DNA of 64,000 nt. Source: Candidatus Multivoradales bacterium. Lineage in GTDB: Bacteria; Acidobacteriota; Thermoanaerobaculia; Multivoradales; J023. The notes beneath the pieces were generated by a model. That model saw only the letters and a program-made list of their open reading frames with translations. It searched no databases and was not told the origin of the DNA. The stretch is taken from assembly GCA_965248925.1 (NCBI GenBank), contig CBDFLE010000005.1, positions 1,824,001 to 1,888,000 on the forward strand, read 5' to 3'. The translations under genes were made by a program, and so were the position numbers. Positions 51,214 to 61,486 of the stretch are shown here, one piece after another (within the stretch, counting starts at the first letter, position 1; every line of letters starts with the position of its first letter).

Positions 51214-53316
51214 TCATACGCCGGGCCGTAGTTCAATCAAAGGCGGTCGTACAGTCACTGTGCCCGGGGTGAGGCTGTGCAACACCAGGTCGACTTCGAA
51301 CTCGCCGTCAGCGTCGGCGGGATCGCTGATCAGGTCTGCGAGGGCTGGACGCAGGTCGAAGCTGAGATCATCAGCTTGGAGTTTGACTGGCACTCTGACG
51401 TTGGCGATGCTGAGCTCGATGTTCGGCTCGGCGTTCGGCGCTGGTCCCGGCGTCAGGAAGATGGCTGCCGGAGATGTTTCTCCTACCGATCCCAAGCAGC
51501 GCCACGGCCGGCGGCGGTCGGCGCGGTCGAAGCGCTGGGCTGGTTCGCCACCGCCGGCTGAGCCGGCGTGCCACAGGGCTGTGCCGCGGGCCGTGGTTAC
51601 CAGGATCCACGTCGGCTGGTCCAATAGCGCGGCCGGCCCAGCCACTGGCAGCCGCCGCCAGGCTAGCTCACCGGCGCTCTGTAGTTCGACCCTGCCGGCC
51701 GCCAAGCTGCGGCCAGCCGGCCGGCCATCGGCGTCGTGTTGCAACTCGAAGCGCACTTCCGCCGGAGCGGTGAGCGCCACCAGGGGCAGGAGGAGGGCTT
51801 CGACGAACAGCGCCGTCGACGGCCGTACTAACACGCCGACCCAGCGACCGGCACTGAACGCGGCGGCGCTGTTAGAGACCGCCTGATCAACGGCTGGGCT
51901 TGCCAGCCGCGCGCCGCCCGCGCCAAGACCGCTCACCAGGCTGAGTTCAGCACTTTGGACTCGGCCGGCCGCAGGAAGCCGCAGCCGGAGCTGGCGGCGC
52001 TCGTCCCCACGACCTGCGAAACGGAGCACCTGCTTGCCTTGGCCATCGGCGAAGGTGGTGAGGCGAGAGATCAGCGGCGCCGCGATGTCGCCGAGGGCAA
52101 AGCGGCAGGGGGCATCGGACTCGATGATCAAAGCCAGCTCGATGGCCCCCGAGGAGTCGACCTGGCGACCTGCAAGGTGGCGGCCCAGCGCATCGCCAAA
52201 GGCCGCTCCGGCATCGACCCGCCCATCGGCCACTTCACCGGCCAGCTGCCAGAAGGGAACCGCGGCCTCAAGGTCCATGGGGTCGGCCAGGGAAAGACGA
52301 GGGGTGGTGGGCGGCGAGGTCAGATGCAAGCGCTGCAAGTCGTTGATGGTCAGGGATTCGGCGGCGCGCAGCACGAATTGGCGATCGATGAACTGGGTCC
52401 GCGGGCGGAGCGAAGGTAGCTGGCTGAATGCCGGCGCGCGAACTACGGAGCCCTGGCTCGAATGGGGCGCGGCTTCGGAATGGGCCTCGGCCGGCGCCAG
52501 AATGGTTCGGGTGGATAGCAAAGCAATGCCAGCAGCAGAGCCAGCTCCGGCGACTAGCGCTGCGCCGCTGGCGAATTGCGGGTCAGCGAGCACGGCATGG
52601 CGCTGCGTCAACCGGGTCGTCGCCTGTTCGGCAACGGCCTCGCCATCAATGCGGTGCAGGGTGAACGGCGCCACCGCCGACCGGCGCAGCTCGGCACAGG
52701 CCAAACGCCGCGGTGCCGCCAGGGTGATCTCCAACCCACCATCCCGGACCGCCACGCTAGCAGCCGGCGGCGTCTGGGTGGCCAGGTACTCAACCTGCTC
52801 GGGGCGCAAAGTACCGGCGCCCAAACGGAGAGCGAAACGAGGCTCTTGAATGGCAGCAGAGAAACGTGCGAAGCCTTGTCGGAAAGGGATCTCTTGGCGC
52901 ACCACGCTGTCCACTGTGGCGCCAACGGCGGCTAGCACTTGAAGCACGCCCGACTCGGGGCTGGCCAGCTTCACCAGGTTCACCGGCGCCGACGACGAAC
53001 GACTGACCAGGACCGCCTGGCCGGCTTCTTCGGTCGCCTGCTCTTCGACTGTGACCTGTTCAACGACTGCCGGCAGCAGTGCCTGCGCGCTGGTTAAGGC
53101 GTCGGACTCTAAGGGCTGGAAGACGCCGCGGAGCACACAAGCAGCGAGGTCGACCCGCACTTCATCGGCTGGCCCCACCGCCGGCAAGCGGAGGTAGATC
53201 AGTCGCCGAAATCGACCGCTGCCGCTGCCCTCCACCGGCGCCAAGGGGCGCGCCGCATCGGCACCTCGGGTGGCTCCGCCTCGCAAGTCGGCCATCCGCA
53301 CGGCGACCATGCTCAA
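51214..53316 (-). CDS. hypothetical eCIS-associated protein
   Basis: 700 aa; start overlaps the upstream stop; beta-rich; no signal peptide. Confidence 0.75.
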   Translation of the reverse strand: MSMVAVRMADLRGGATRGADAARPLAPVEGSGSGRFRRLIYLRLPAVGPADEVRVDLAACVLRGVFQPLESDALTSAQALLPAVVEQVTVEEQATEEAGQAVLVSRSSSAPVNLVKLASPESGVLQVLAAVGATVDSVVRQEIPFRQGFARFSAAIQEPRFALRLGAGTLRPEQVEYLATQTPPAASVAVRDGGLEITLAAPRRLACAELRRSAVAPFTLHRIDGEAVAEQATTRLTQRHAVLADPQFASGAALVAGAGSAAGIALLSTRTILAPAEAHSEAAPHSSQGSVVRAPAFSQLPSLRPRTQFIDRQFVLRAAESLTINDLQRLHLTSPPTTPRLSLADPMDLEAAVPFWQLAGEVADGRVDAGAAFGDALGRHLAGRQVDSSGAIELALIIESDAPCRFALGDIAAPLISRLTTFADGQGKQVLRFAGRGDERRQLRLRLPAAGRVQSAELSLVSGLGAGGARLASPAVDQAVSNSAAAFSAGRWVGVLVRPSTALFVEALLLPLVALTAPAEVRFELQHDADGRPAGRSLAAGRVELQSAGELAWRRLPVAGPAALLDQPTWILVTTARGTALWHAGSAGGGEPAQRFDRADRRRPWRCLGSVGETSPAAIFLTPGPAPNAEPNIELSIANVRVPVKLQADDLSFDLRPALADLISDPADADGEFEVDLVLHSLTPGTVTVRPPLIELRPGV

Positions 53317-55259
53317 TCACCCCCTCCAGACAAGCCACCACCGCGGGGAGTACCGCCGCGGGCTGGCTGGCGGCCAATCCGCGGTCGCACCCCGCCGCCA
53401 CCGGGAATCACCAAGCCACCACCGATCACCGGATCGATCACCACCGGGTTCGGCAACTCAAAAATTCGCGGGTCGAAGCCACTGACCCGCTGCTTGAGCG
53501 CCAACAGGTTTTCGCGCACGTTGCCCTGCAAGCTCTTCAAGGCCTTTGCATCGGCTTTGGCGGCCAGCGCTTGTTCGGTCGCGGCCTGCAATAGGTCGAG
53601 GTCGCCAACGCCCACTTTCTCCGCCAATGCCGCTGTCGTGGTCTCTCGCAGGTTGTCGAGCTGGGCGGTGTCTCGTTGCAAGCGGTTTTCAAAGGTGTCG
53701 ATCAACAGCCGGTGGCCGACCTGCTCCTCGATCCGGGCGAGCGCCGTGGAGTTGCTGAGACGGTCGCGCTCGACTCGCTGATCCAGAGCGGCTACTTGGG
53801 AGTCGGTGGCGCGATTGGCCACCAAGGCGAGGTTTTGCAGGGACGAATCGATGCCTGAGAAGCGACTGTCGATGCGGCCAAAACGGCTGTCGAGCTCGGC
53901 GGTGCGGCCCTCCACCACCGCCGTACGCTCGGTCAACCCGGTGGCTTGAGCAAGGGCTTCTCCAACCTGTTCCTCAAGCACCGTCAGCTCACCTTCGAGC
54001 TCCACCAGGCGGCTTTGTGAGCCGGCACCGCCGGTGGCGTCGGCGAGGGCGAATCGGGCCACCACATCGAGCCCGACCTGCTCCGACTCGCCAGCCAGGG
54101 CGCTGTCCTCGAGGCTGCGCTGCAAGTCCACCGAGCTACGCGCCGCGCCGACGATTTGCGCCACAAAGATAGGTGGGTCGGCGGCCGGCGCGAAACGGTC
54201 GAGAGCCAAGCGGTAGGCGAATAAGGCGCGCTGCTTGCCGGCCGCTCCCTGGTTGGCGATGAACCGCCGAATGCTGTCTTGGATGGCACCCAAACCGCTG
54301 GCGACGTTGGTGGCGGTGGCGGTTAGGGTGGTGATCTGCTGACCGGCCCGCTGCACTACATCGTCGATCGAGCCGAAGAAATCCTGCGCCAGCCACGGCG
54401 CCGTCCAATCGCGGAAGCTGACTTCGACGCTGGTGCCACCGTGGCTGAGATCGGCGGTTTGCGAGTCGGCATCCGTCTTGACGAAAGCCAGAACAGTGGT
54501 CCGGTAGTCACGCCAGCGGTGCAGCAAGCGGCCGGCGGCACGCAGCCGGAAACGCGGTTGGGCCTGGAAGTAGGTGTCCACGAAGTGCTGCACGCTGACC
54601 GCATCGGTGCGCAAATACTCCTGGGAAAGCACCTTGAAGGCGCCGCTATTCAGCGCCTCGGTGGGGGTCGCGGTAGCGAGCAGATGGCTGCGCAAACTAA
54701 GATTGTCGGCCTGCGGCAAGCGGGTGTCAAAAGCGGCGCTAACCTCGTCCTCGACCTGCCGTGACAGACCGTCACCCTGCTCGGCGAGCAAATGCACCCT
54801 CGCCACCCCTTGGGGATCGAGCCGCACCGCCATCGAGCGCCCGCCGCTGCCACCCCGGCTGGTGGTTCCCGGCATCGCGCGGAAGCGCCCCCAAACCGTG
54901 GCAAAGTCGATCCACGGCAGCTCCGGCAGTGCGCCGACGTCGATCGGCTGGCCCAACAAGTCGGTGACCCGAGCTTCGATCTCGGACCGCTCGCCGATCA
55001 GATAGCGCCGCCGAGTGGTGGTCAGGGTGATCCGCAAACGGCCCCGAGTCAAAGTGTCGACGGTCTGACCCAAACCAGCGAGGGTGTCTTCGAAGGTGCC
55101 GAAGCGCTGGTCCAGGTCGCCGACTTGAGTGGCGACTTGGAGCAAGCCATCGCTGAGGGCGGTTTGCAGCTGGCCCACATGGCTCACCAGGTCGTTCCAA
55201 TCTTCATGTTTGATCAGCTGCCCGGCGGATTTATCGCTGAGTTCAATCAGTGTTTTCAT
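53313..55259 (-). CDS. eCIS-associated coiled-coil protein
   Basis: N-terminal AGQLIKHEDWN; heptad-like C-half; Gly/Pro tail. Confidence 0.8.
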   Translation of the reverse strand: MKTLIELSDKSAGQLIKHEDWNDLVSHVGQLQTALSDGLLQVATQVGDLDQRFGTFEDTLAGLGQTVDTLTRGRLRITLTTTRRRYLIGERSEIEARVTDLLGQPIDVGALPELPWIDFATVWGRFRAMPGTTSRGGSGGRSMAVRLDPQGVARVHLLAEQGDGLSRQVEDEVSAAFDTRLPQADNLSLRSHLLATATPTEALNSGAFKVLSQEYLRTDAVSVQHFVDTYFQAQPRFRLRAAGRLLHRWRDYRTTVLAFVKTDADSQTADLSHGGTSVEVSFRDWTAPWLAQDFFGSIDDVVQRAGQQITTLTATATNVASGLGAIQDSIRRFIANQGAAGKQRALFAYRLALDRFAPAADPPIFVAQIVGAARSSVDLQRSLEDSALAGESEQVGLDVVARFALADATGGAGSQSRLVELEGELTVLEEQVGEALAQATGLTERTAVVEGRTAELDSRFGRIDSRFSGIDSSLQNLALVANRATDSQVAALDQRVERDRLSNSTALARIEEQVGHRLLIDTFENRLQRDTAQLDNLRETTTAALAEKVGVGDLDLLQAATEQALAAKADAKALKSLQGNVRENLLALKQRVSGFDPRIFELPNPVVIDPVIGGGLVIPGGGGVRPRIGRQPARGGTPRGGGLSGGGD

Positions 55260-58095
55260 CGTTATTACCTCTCAAAATTCTGCCTTCTAGCGCCAGCCGC
55301 ACCCGCACTCCCGCCGGCCGCGCCTGTTCGATGGCTTGCCACGCCCAATCGATCAACGCCGGATCGAGGGCTGTTTCTTGCTGTCTCAGCTTGAGCCGCA
55401 CGGTGACGCTGAGTGGCCCTGCTGGACGCCAGCTCATCGACACCCGGGCGGCCGGGCAGTACGAAAAGACGGCGCGGTCGAAGAGACTCGAATCCGGCGG
55501 CGCCGGCAGGCTGTGCCGCCCGGGCAAAGGATCGGCGGCCACAGGCGGCGCCAACAATCGCCCTTCGGCGGTCCAAGCCGGGCGCTCGGCGGGTTCGTCC
55601 GGATTCTCGCCCTCGACCCTCAAGAAACGCCACTCCGAGTCGCCGCGAGGCAACTCGGGAAGCGCCGCCCAACCGCCCGCAACGATGCGCTCGGGGGTCG
55701 GCTTGAGACGCATGACCAACCGTTCCGCGCCGACCGAACTCTGCTGCGTGAACACCTCGCCATCCCAAGCGCCAAGATCGGCCACCGCCTGCTGGGTGAA
55801 GATCAACGCCCGCACTTCGATGGCCCGCCGACCGCGCAAGTCCAAGCTCTTGGCCTGCCATCCGGCGGCGCGAGAGAGCTGCTGCCAGGCGCCGGTGGCA
55901 CGGTCGAATCGCCAAGCACCGCGGTCGACGCCAGCCAGATCCTCGCCCAACAGCGTGTCGACCCGACCCAAATGAAGCAAGGCGCTACCTTGACGTTGCC
56001 AAGCGTCACGGCCATCAAAGCCCACCAAGCCACGGTCGGTGGCATGCCACACCAGGCCGCGGCGGTCGCTCAAGGTACGGTTCACGGCGCCGTCAGCAAG
56101 GTCCGGAAAGGCTTCGAGGCGAGTCTCGAAGGTAGCGCCACGGCCGGCGGTGGCCAGGTAGCGAGCCGGGCCCTGATCGGTGCCGATCCACAAGGATCCA
56201 TCAGCGGCGCGGTGCAGAGTGCGCACCGCCGGTAGGAACACCGCCGTGGCATCGGGCAAGGCTGCCGGCCGACCCTCGCCATCGAGCTCGAACGGGCGCC
56301 AATCGTCACCCGGCTCACCACCGGCGTACCACCACCAGGAGGCGGCCTCGCTTGGGGACTCACCACCTTGGCGCAGAAACAAGCCGAGCTCGCCGCCGCA
56401 GTAGAGATCCCCAACCCCATCGACGATGACCGCCGACAACGGGGTGCCGGCCAAGGCGATCGGCCGCACCGTGCCGTCGGCACCGAGGCGTTCGACACCG
56501 TTCGCGGTGGCCAGCCAATAGCCGCCGCCGTTCGCCGCCGCCAAATCGCGAACGTCGCTGTCGGATCCAGCCACCGGCGACACTGCAAAAGGCTCTCCTG
56601 ACGGCGGGTAGAGGGCCACCGTGCGCAACCCTTCGGCGGTGGCGAGTAACAGCCGGTTGCCGAGTTCGGCCAAGCGGCGAGGGGTCGGCAAGTCGGCAAG
56701 AACCCGCTGCCAACCGTCCGGAGTACCGCGCCACAGCTCGCCTCCAGCCCCCACCTCGAGGGCCGCCCACAGCACGCGATCGTGGCTCTGATAGAGGTCG
56801 ACCACCATGCCGACTGGGGAGCCGTCCGGACGTCGCCAACGGCCCGTGGAGACGGTTGGGTCGGCGTCCTCGACGTCGGTCGGCAGCGAACGCGCCGAGC
56901 GAATGCCGTCGCCGACGGCAACCCAAGAGACGAATCCTGGGCGTACTCGCAAAGTCTCGCCGGGGGCCAAGTCACCGCCGAAACCGAGGCCCACGGGCGG
57001 CCGCCCAGCGCCACCGTCGTAAAGCTCGATCATCGGCCTCACCGTCGCGTCGACCTCGCCGGGACGAGCCTCGACCCCTTCGATGTAGAGAGTTGCAGGC
57101 ACCGGGTTCAAGCCGTCATTGGTGAGCCGCCAGCGCATCAGCGGCGCCACCAGATCCTGGCTGGCGAGACGCCCTTGGGCAGCTTGGCGATGGCGGCTCC
57201 CTGGGCTGTGCTCCTCGACAAAGAACGGTCGCTCACGGCGCGACGGCGGCAGCTCGGGGTCGGCCGGCAACGCCGCCTCGACAGCGCCGCGCAACGCCGC
57301 CAGGGTGCCGAGGCCGTGGCGGTAGAGATCGACCGTCCGCTGGGTGCGGCGGCGGAAGCCCTCGGCGCTGTCGCGCCAAGCAGCCGGCTGCAGGCGGGGT
57401 CGCAAACCGAGCAAGGAGGCGAGTCGCGACAGGTTTTGGAAGTATGGGTGGTCGAGATCGGCGCGGGTCAACTGGCCGCTGAAGGTCTCCACCAACAGCC
57501 GGCGGTTGAGCCGCTCGAGCTCGGCACCCGCCAAGCCGCTACCGGCCAGGCTGAGGTCGGCCAGGGCACGGGTTTCGACGCTGAGCTCGACGGCTGCATA
57601 GCGCGCCGGGTCAAAGATCGACGGACCGCTTAGGAGGTCATCAAGCTCGCCGATCAACGCCCGTTGCAGGCGGGCCGGGAGGGGCTCTCCTGGCCCGAGC
57701 CCATCGAGCGCGGCGCGGGTCTGCGCCGTCAACCGAGCGCGCAGATCGGTGGTCACCGGATCCAGACCGCCGGCACCAGCAGCGCGCAGGCGATTGTTGA
57801 AGCCGGTGGCATCGACCAGCGCCAGCCGGTCGTTGCTCTGCGGTACCGCTTGGCCGCGCAGCTGGCGACGCCGTGCCAGGGCAGGGTGATAGAGGCCGCG
57901 GTCGGCCTGCGGCCACCAATGGGTGTTGGCAACCTCGGCGGCGGAACGATCGAGCCGATCGAGCTCCTGGCCGAGGCCGTCCAGGAAGCGGGCCAGCAGG
58001 TCATCGACCCCGGCAATGGCCAGCGCTTCTGATGCCGGCCGCGGCCGGTAGAGGCTCGGCAGCAGGGTTCTCAAGCGTGCCGCTCTAGCTCCCAT
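55243..58095 (-). CDS. baseplate/tail protein I-like with inserted beta-propeller
   Basis: FRRR...YRHGLGTLAALRGAV and C-terminal ARPAGVRV flank propeller blades (DGSLWIGTDQG, YWLATANG, VWHATDRG). Confidence 0.7.
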   Translation of the reverse strand: MGARAARLRTLLPSLYRPRPASEALAIAGVDDLLARFLDGLGQELDRLDRSAAEVANTHWWPQADRGLYHPALARRRQLRGQAVPQSNDRLALVDATGFNNRLRAAGAGGLDPVTTDLRARLTAQTRAALDGLGPGEPLPARLQRALIGELDDLLSGPSIFDPARYAAVELSVETRALADLSLAGSGLAGAELERLNRRLLVETFSGQLTRADLDHPYFQNLSRLASLLGLRPRLQPAAWRDSAEGFRRRTQRTVDLYRHGLGTLAALRGAVEAALPADPELPPSRRERPFFVEEHSPGSRHRQAAQGRLASQDLVAPLMRWRLTNDGLNPVPATLYIEGVEARPGEVDATVRPMIELYDGGAGRPPVGLGFGGDLAPGETLRVRPGFVSWVAVGDGIRSARSLPTDVEDADPTVSTGRWRRPDGSPVGMVVDLYQSHDRVLWAALEVGAGGELWRGTPDGWQRVLADLPTPRRLAELGNRLLLATAEGLRTVALYPPSGEPFAVSPVAGSDSDVRDLAAANGGGYWLATANGVERLGADGTVRPIALAGTPLSAVIVDGVGDLYCGGELGLFLRQGGESPSEAASWWWYAGGEPGDDWRPFELDGEGRPAALPDATAVFLPAVRTLHRAADGSLWIGTDQGPARYLATAGRGATFETRLEAFPDLADGAVNRTLSDRRGLVWHATDRGLVGFDGRDAWQRQGSALLHLGRVDTLLGEDLAGVDRGAWRFDRATGAWQQLSRAAGWQAKSLDLRGRRAIEVRALIFTQQAVADLGAWDGEVFTQQSSVGAERLVMRLKPTPERIVAGGWAALPELPRGDSEWRFLRVEGENPDEPAERPAWTAEGRLLAPPVAADPLPGRHSLPAPPDSSLFDRAVFSYCPAARVSMSWRPAGPLSVTVRLKLRQQETALDPALIDWAWQAIEQARPAGVRVRLALEGRILRGNNDENTD

Positions 58096-59875
58096 CGCCA
58101 AGCTCCTGCAACACCACGTCGCCAACATCGAGCCGTTCAAAAGGAGTCAACTGTAGAACGTCGTCATCGGCCGCCAAGCGTTCGGCGGCGCCGGTGGAGC
58201 GCAACACGGCGAAGCTGATCTCAAGGGGTGCAAAATCGGCCGCCCGTGGCGCCTGCGGTGGATCCGGCGGATCGAACTCGTCGAGGCTGCCGGGCGAGCG
58301 GCCTGCCAGAGGCAGCACATGCAGCAGCTGGCGGTAGATCAAGCTGCGGCGCTGCTCCTCGGCAGGGTCGGGAGAGGCGGGCAGCGGAGCGGCGTTGCGA
58401 GCGCTCAACAAGCTCAGGGCAGCGCCGAAGGCGGTCCTCAAGACGGCGCGATCGGGGGCCGGGCCGGCGCTCGGGAAACGCACCACCAACTCGATCCGGG
58501 TGGCCAGGGCCGGGTCGGCCAAGGTGAGCTCGCCGAGGCGGGTGGCGAAACCCGCCAGCGGCAGCTCGCCAGTGGTGACAGTGAGACTTTGGCGAACACC
58601 CTCGACCTGCCAGCTGGCAGCCAGCAAGCGAAAGTCCTCGACCCCGTCGACCGCCAGCACCTCGCCGGCCAGGCGTTGCAAGCTGGCGCCGCCAGCTTGG
58701 GGTAGAAGGTCAAAGAAGGTCGCCAAACGCTGGCGTACTGCACGGTGAGCGGCCTCGACTTGTGCTTCGAGCAAGCCCTCGGCGGTGCGCAACAAGAGCT
58801 CCAAGTCCACCGCCCGCGGCTCCTGCGATGCCAGCAGGAGCAGCTTCACCCCGGCCGGCCGCGCCGCTTCCAAGGCTTGCAATAGGCGCTGCCGAACGGC
58901 GGGATCGAGGCGCCCCGAGCGCGGGGTGACCGCGACCACTCCCGGACGGTCCGCGGGCTCGTCGATCTCCACCCGAATGCCCTGCCGCGCCGCCGCCTCC
59001 TCAAGGCCAGCCACCGTCGCCCGGGCGCTGCCGGCCAGGGCGCGCTTGGCCAGGCGACGGAGCTCGTCGTCGCTCTGCGGCCCCTCCCCCACCGTCGTGG
59101 GTTGGGGGTTGCTGACCTCGGCCAGCCCAGCGATCGGCACCGGCAACACTTGCAGGGCGCCGGCCGGTAGAGGCTCGCCGGGCTCCAAGCCACGCACCGT
59201 CACCCGCACCGCGCTCTGTCCTTCGGCCAAGGTGGCGTCGGCGGTGGTGGCGTATTCAATAGCGCCATCGCCGGTCATCACCCGCGTGCCGATGGGCACG
59301 AAGATAGCACCACCGCCACCGCGCACCCGACGGAGCTCAATCTCGCCACTCGGCAAGCCAGCGGGCAAGCGCTCGACGCCGACCAAGGCGATGACCTTCT
59401 CCAGCGCGCTGCCGCTGGCGGTGTCGACGAAGCCAGCGTCGTGGACCACCTCGAGTTGGGCATCGAGGCGGGCCATCTCGAGGGCCGCGGCGGAGCAGAG
59501 GGTGTGCAACACGCTGCCCGGACGGATGTCGTCCACCGGCAAAGGCGGCGCCGCTGGGCGGTAGCTCAAAGACAGCAAGCTGCCGGCATCGGGCAGCTCG
59601 CCGCTGCTCCGCCAGACCACTGATCGACCGTCTGGCGACAGGGCATAGTCGCCGCCTTCGCCGGCCGCGTCGGGACCGCGGAATTGGTGCGGCCGGCCAC
59701 CCCGGCTGCCATAGACCGAGACGATCTGCGCCGCCGGCGGCCGCAGCAGGTGAAGACGCAAGCCGCCGCCACCAGAGTCGGGCAAAAAGGGGTGAGTCTC
59801 CCCTGCCACCCCGCCGGTGACCGAGGTCAACAAGTGATCCAACACTTCAGGAAAAGTGGCACGGCGGAAGCTCAT
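58085..59875 (-). CDS. baseplate J/gp47 family protein
   Basis: PGSVLHTL, GFVDTASGSALE, VPIGTRV, SDDELR.LA, ARPAGV. Confidence 0.85.
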   Translation of the reverse strand: MSFRRATFPEVLDHLLTSVTGGVAGETHPFLPDSGGGGLRLHLLRPPAAQIVSVYGSRGGRPHQFRGPDAAGEGGDYALSPDGRSVVWRSSGELPDAGSLLSLSYRPAAPPLPVDDIRPGSVLHTLCSAAALEMARLDAQLEVVHDAGFVDTASGSALEKVIALVGVERLPAGLPSGEIELRRVRGGGGAIFVPIGTRVMTGDGAIEYATTADATLAEGQSAVRVTVRGLEPGEPLPAGALQVLPVPIAGLAEVSNPQPTTVGEGPQSDDELRRLAKRALAGSARATVAGLEEAAARQGIRVEIDEPADRPGVVAVTPRSGRLDPAVRQRLLQALEAARPAGVKLLLLASQEPRAVDLELLLRTAEGLLEAQVEAAHRAVRQRLATFFDLLPQAGGASLQRLAGEVLAVDGVEDFRLLAASWQVEGVRQSLTVTTGELPLAGFATRLGELTLADPALATRIELVVRFPSAGPAPDRAVLRTAFGAALSLLSARNAAPLPASPDPAEEQRRSLIYRQLLHVLPLAGRSPGSLDEFDPPDPPQAPRAADFAPLEISFAVLRSTGAAERLAADDDVLQLTPFERLDVGDVVLQELGDGS

Positions 59876-59931
59876 GGTGGGAACCTCATGATCGGAACCT
59901 CATGATCGAAACTTCATGATCAAAACTTCAA
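59867..59931. repeat. 14-bp tandem repeat, about 4.6 units, spanning the gp25 stop and baseplate J start
   Basis: GAAGCTCATGGTGG GAACCTCATGATCG GAACCTCATGATCG AAACTTCATGATCA AAACTTCAA. Confidence 0.85.
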
Positions 59932-60387
59932 AGTGAAAGGGCCGATGGAGACGATGTCGGCCGCCGCCACCGGCCGCACCGCGAGAGAGATGTCGACGCG
60001 GTCGCGTTGTAGCGGGTGGGGCTCGACGCTGATCCGCTCGACCGCCTCTATGCGCGGCTCTGCGGCCAGGCTCTCAAGAATGTAGAGCCGCGCCAGGTCG
60101 CGAACGGTGGCGCTGTTGGGCTGGCCGACCAACTCGGCCAATCGACTGCCATAACCGGGCTGGCCGAGAGGGGCGAGTTCGCCGCGTGGAGTCAGCAGGC
60201 GCAGCAGCACCGCTTGACCGAGATTGTCGCGGCCGCCGAGGGTCGCAAAGTCGTTGCGCGCCGCGCTACCTTGGCCAGCCGGCCGTGGGGCTCGGCGAAG
60301 CTGTTCCGCCAGCCGAAACCGCGGTCGCCAACGCTGATCGACCAACTGCAAACGGAGGTCGCGCAGCAGGTTTTGTTGCTCGGCCAT
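59920..60387 (-). CDS. GPW/gp25-family baseplate protein
   Basis: GRDNLGQA..LRLLTPRGEL..LG.PGYGSRL..L.G, EPRI; GGAGG RBS. Confidence 0.85.
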   Translation of the reverse strand: MAEQQNLLRDLRLQLVDQRWRPRFRLAEQLRRAPRPAGQGSAARNDFATLGGRDNLGQAVLLRLLTPRGELAPLGQPGYGSRLAELVGQPNSATVRDLARLYILESLAAEPRIEAVERISVEPHPLQRDRVDISLAVRPVAAADIVSIGPFTLKF

Positions 60388-60406
60388 CAAGTCATCCTCC
60401 AACAGG

Positions 60407-60802
60407 TCATCCACCGACCAAGACGGTGCCGACGGCGATCACCGTGCCCACCGGCAGGTCGGCCGGGTCGTTGCAGGTCAGGGCAATATCGCCGTGGCGA
60501 GCCATCCCCTTGCCGTTGACCAGCACCGTGGCGCTCCCGACCTGCACCGTGGCGGAGTTCTTCGGCGGTGCTTGAAAGGGCCCACCTTGGGGCAGGTGCG
60601 GCGGCGTGTTGGTGGCGGTGGAACCGACCACCGCCGCCGGCAAGCCCTGGACCTTGACGTCGCTGCTCAAACTGCCATCGAGCACGCCGCTGAACGGATG
60701 CGGCAACGGGGTCGGCACCGGTCCGCCCGGCGACGGGATCATCACCACATGAGTGTCGGTGGCTAGCACTTGGTCTCCTTGTTTGGCTGCTGGCTGTCCC
60801 AT
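60407..60802 (-). CDS. PAAR-domain spike tip protein
   Basis: QPAAKQGD, LPAAVVGS, GSATVLVNGKGMARHGD, C-terminal TVLVGG. Confidence 0.92.
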   Translation of the reverse strand: MGQPAAKQGDQVLATDTHVVMIPSPGGPVPTPLPHPFSGVLDGSLSSDVKVQGLPAAVVGSTATNTPPHLPQGGPFQAPPKNSATVQVGSATVLVNGKGMARHGDIALTCNDPADLPVGTVIAVGTVLVGG

Positions 60803-60838
60803 TTCGGATATCCGTAAGAAGCGGCAAGAAACCGCTTT

Positions 60839-61486
60839 TCAATTAAGGTTGACGGTAGCTCCCTTGAGGTTGAGCTGACCTTGGGCTTCCAGGGTGATCT
60901 CACGGCCTTTAACCTCGATGGCGCCCGCCTCCAGCGCCAGATCCCCCTTGCTGGTGACGCTGAGGGAGCCATCGCGGGCAATCTCCACCACCGCCTTGCC
61001 ACCGGCAACGTCGAGGCGTACCACTGGATCGTCGTCCTGCAAGGTGACGCTCAACGCCGCGCCGATATCGAGCTGCACTTGGCGTTGATCGGCGCTCGAC
61101 ACCACCAGTCGCAGGGCATCGGCCGGAGCGGCACCCTGGGGCAAGTGCATCACCGCCTGGCCATCCTCGTTCAGCGGTGGGCGTTGCTCATCGTTATACA
61201 AGCTGCCCACCACCACCGGCGCTTGGACGTCGCCACCGATGAACTGCACCAACACCAAATCCCCTACCGCCGGCAGGCTGGCGACGCCGAGCCGCGCCGT
61301 CGCCAGGGGCACCCGGCGCAGCAGCAGACCGCTGTCGCGCAGCTTGACGGTGCAGGCGTAATTGTCGCGATCACCATCGCTAGCGTGAGGATGCTGCTCC
61401 TCGACCAGCGCCAACTCGGCGCCGCGCACCGACCCGAGCTCGTCGCGCACGATCTGGCGCAAGGTCTGGTAGAGGGTGTCGCTCAC
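60839..61486 (-). CDS. baseplate assembly protein V / Gp5 OB-fold spike
   Basis: LPAVGDLVLVQFIGGD..APVVVGSLYN; C-terminal beta-helix ending LKGATVNLN. Confidence 0.88.
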   Translation of the reverse strand: MSDTLYQTLRQIVRDELGSVRGAELALVEEQHPHASDGDRDNYACTVKLRDSGLLLRRVPLATARLGVASLPAVGDLVLVQFIGGDVQAPVVVGSLYNDEQRPPLNEDGQAVMHLPQGAAPADALRLVVSSADQRQVQLDIGAALSVTLQDDDPVVRLDVAGGKAVVEIARDGSLSVTSKGDLALEAGAIEVKGREITLEAQGQLNLKGATVNLN

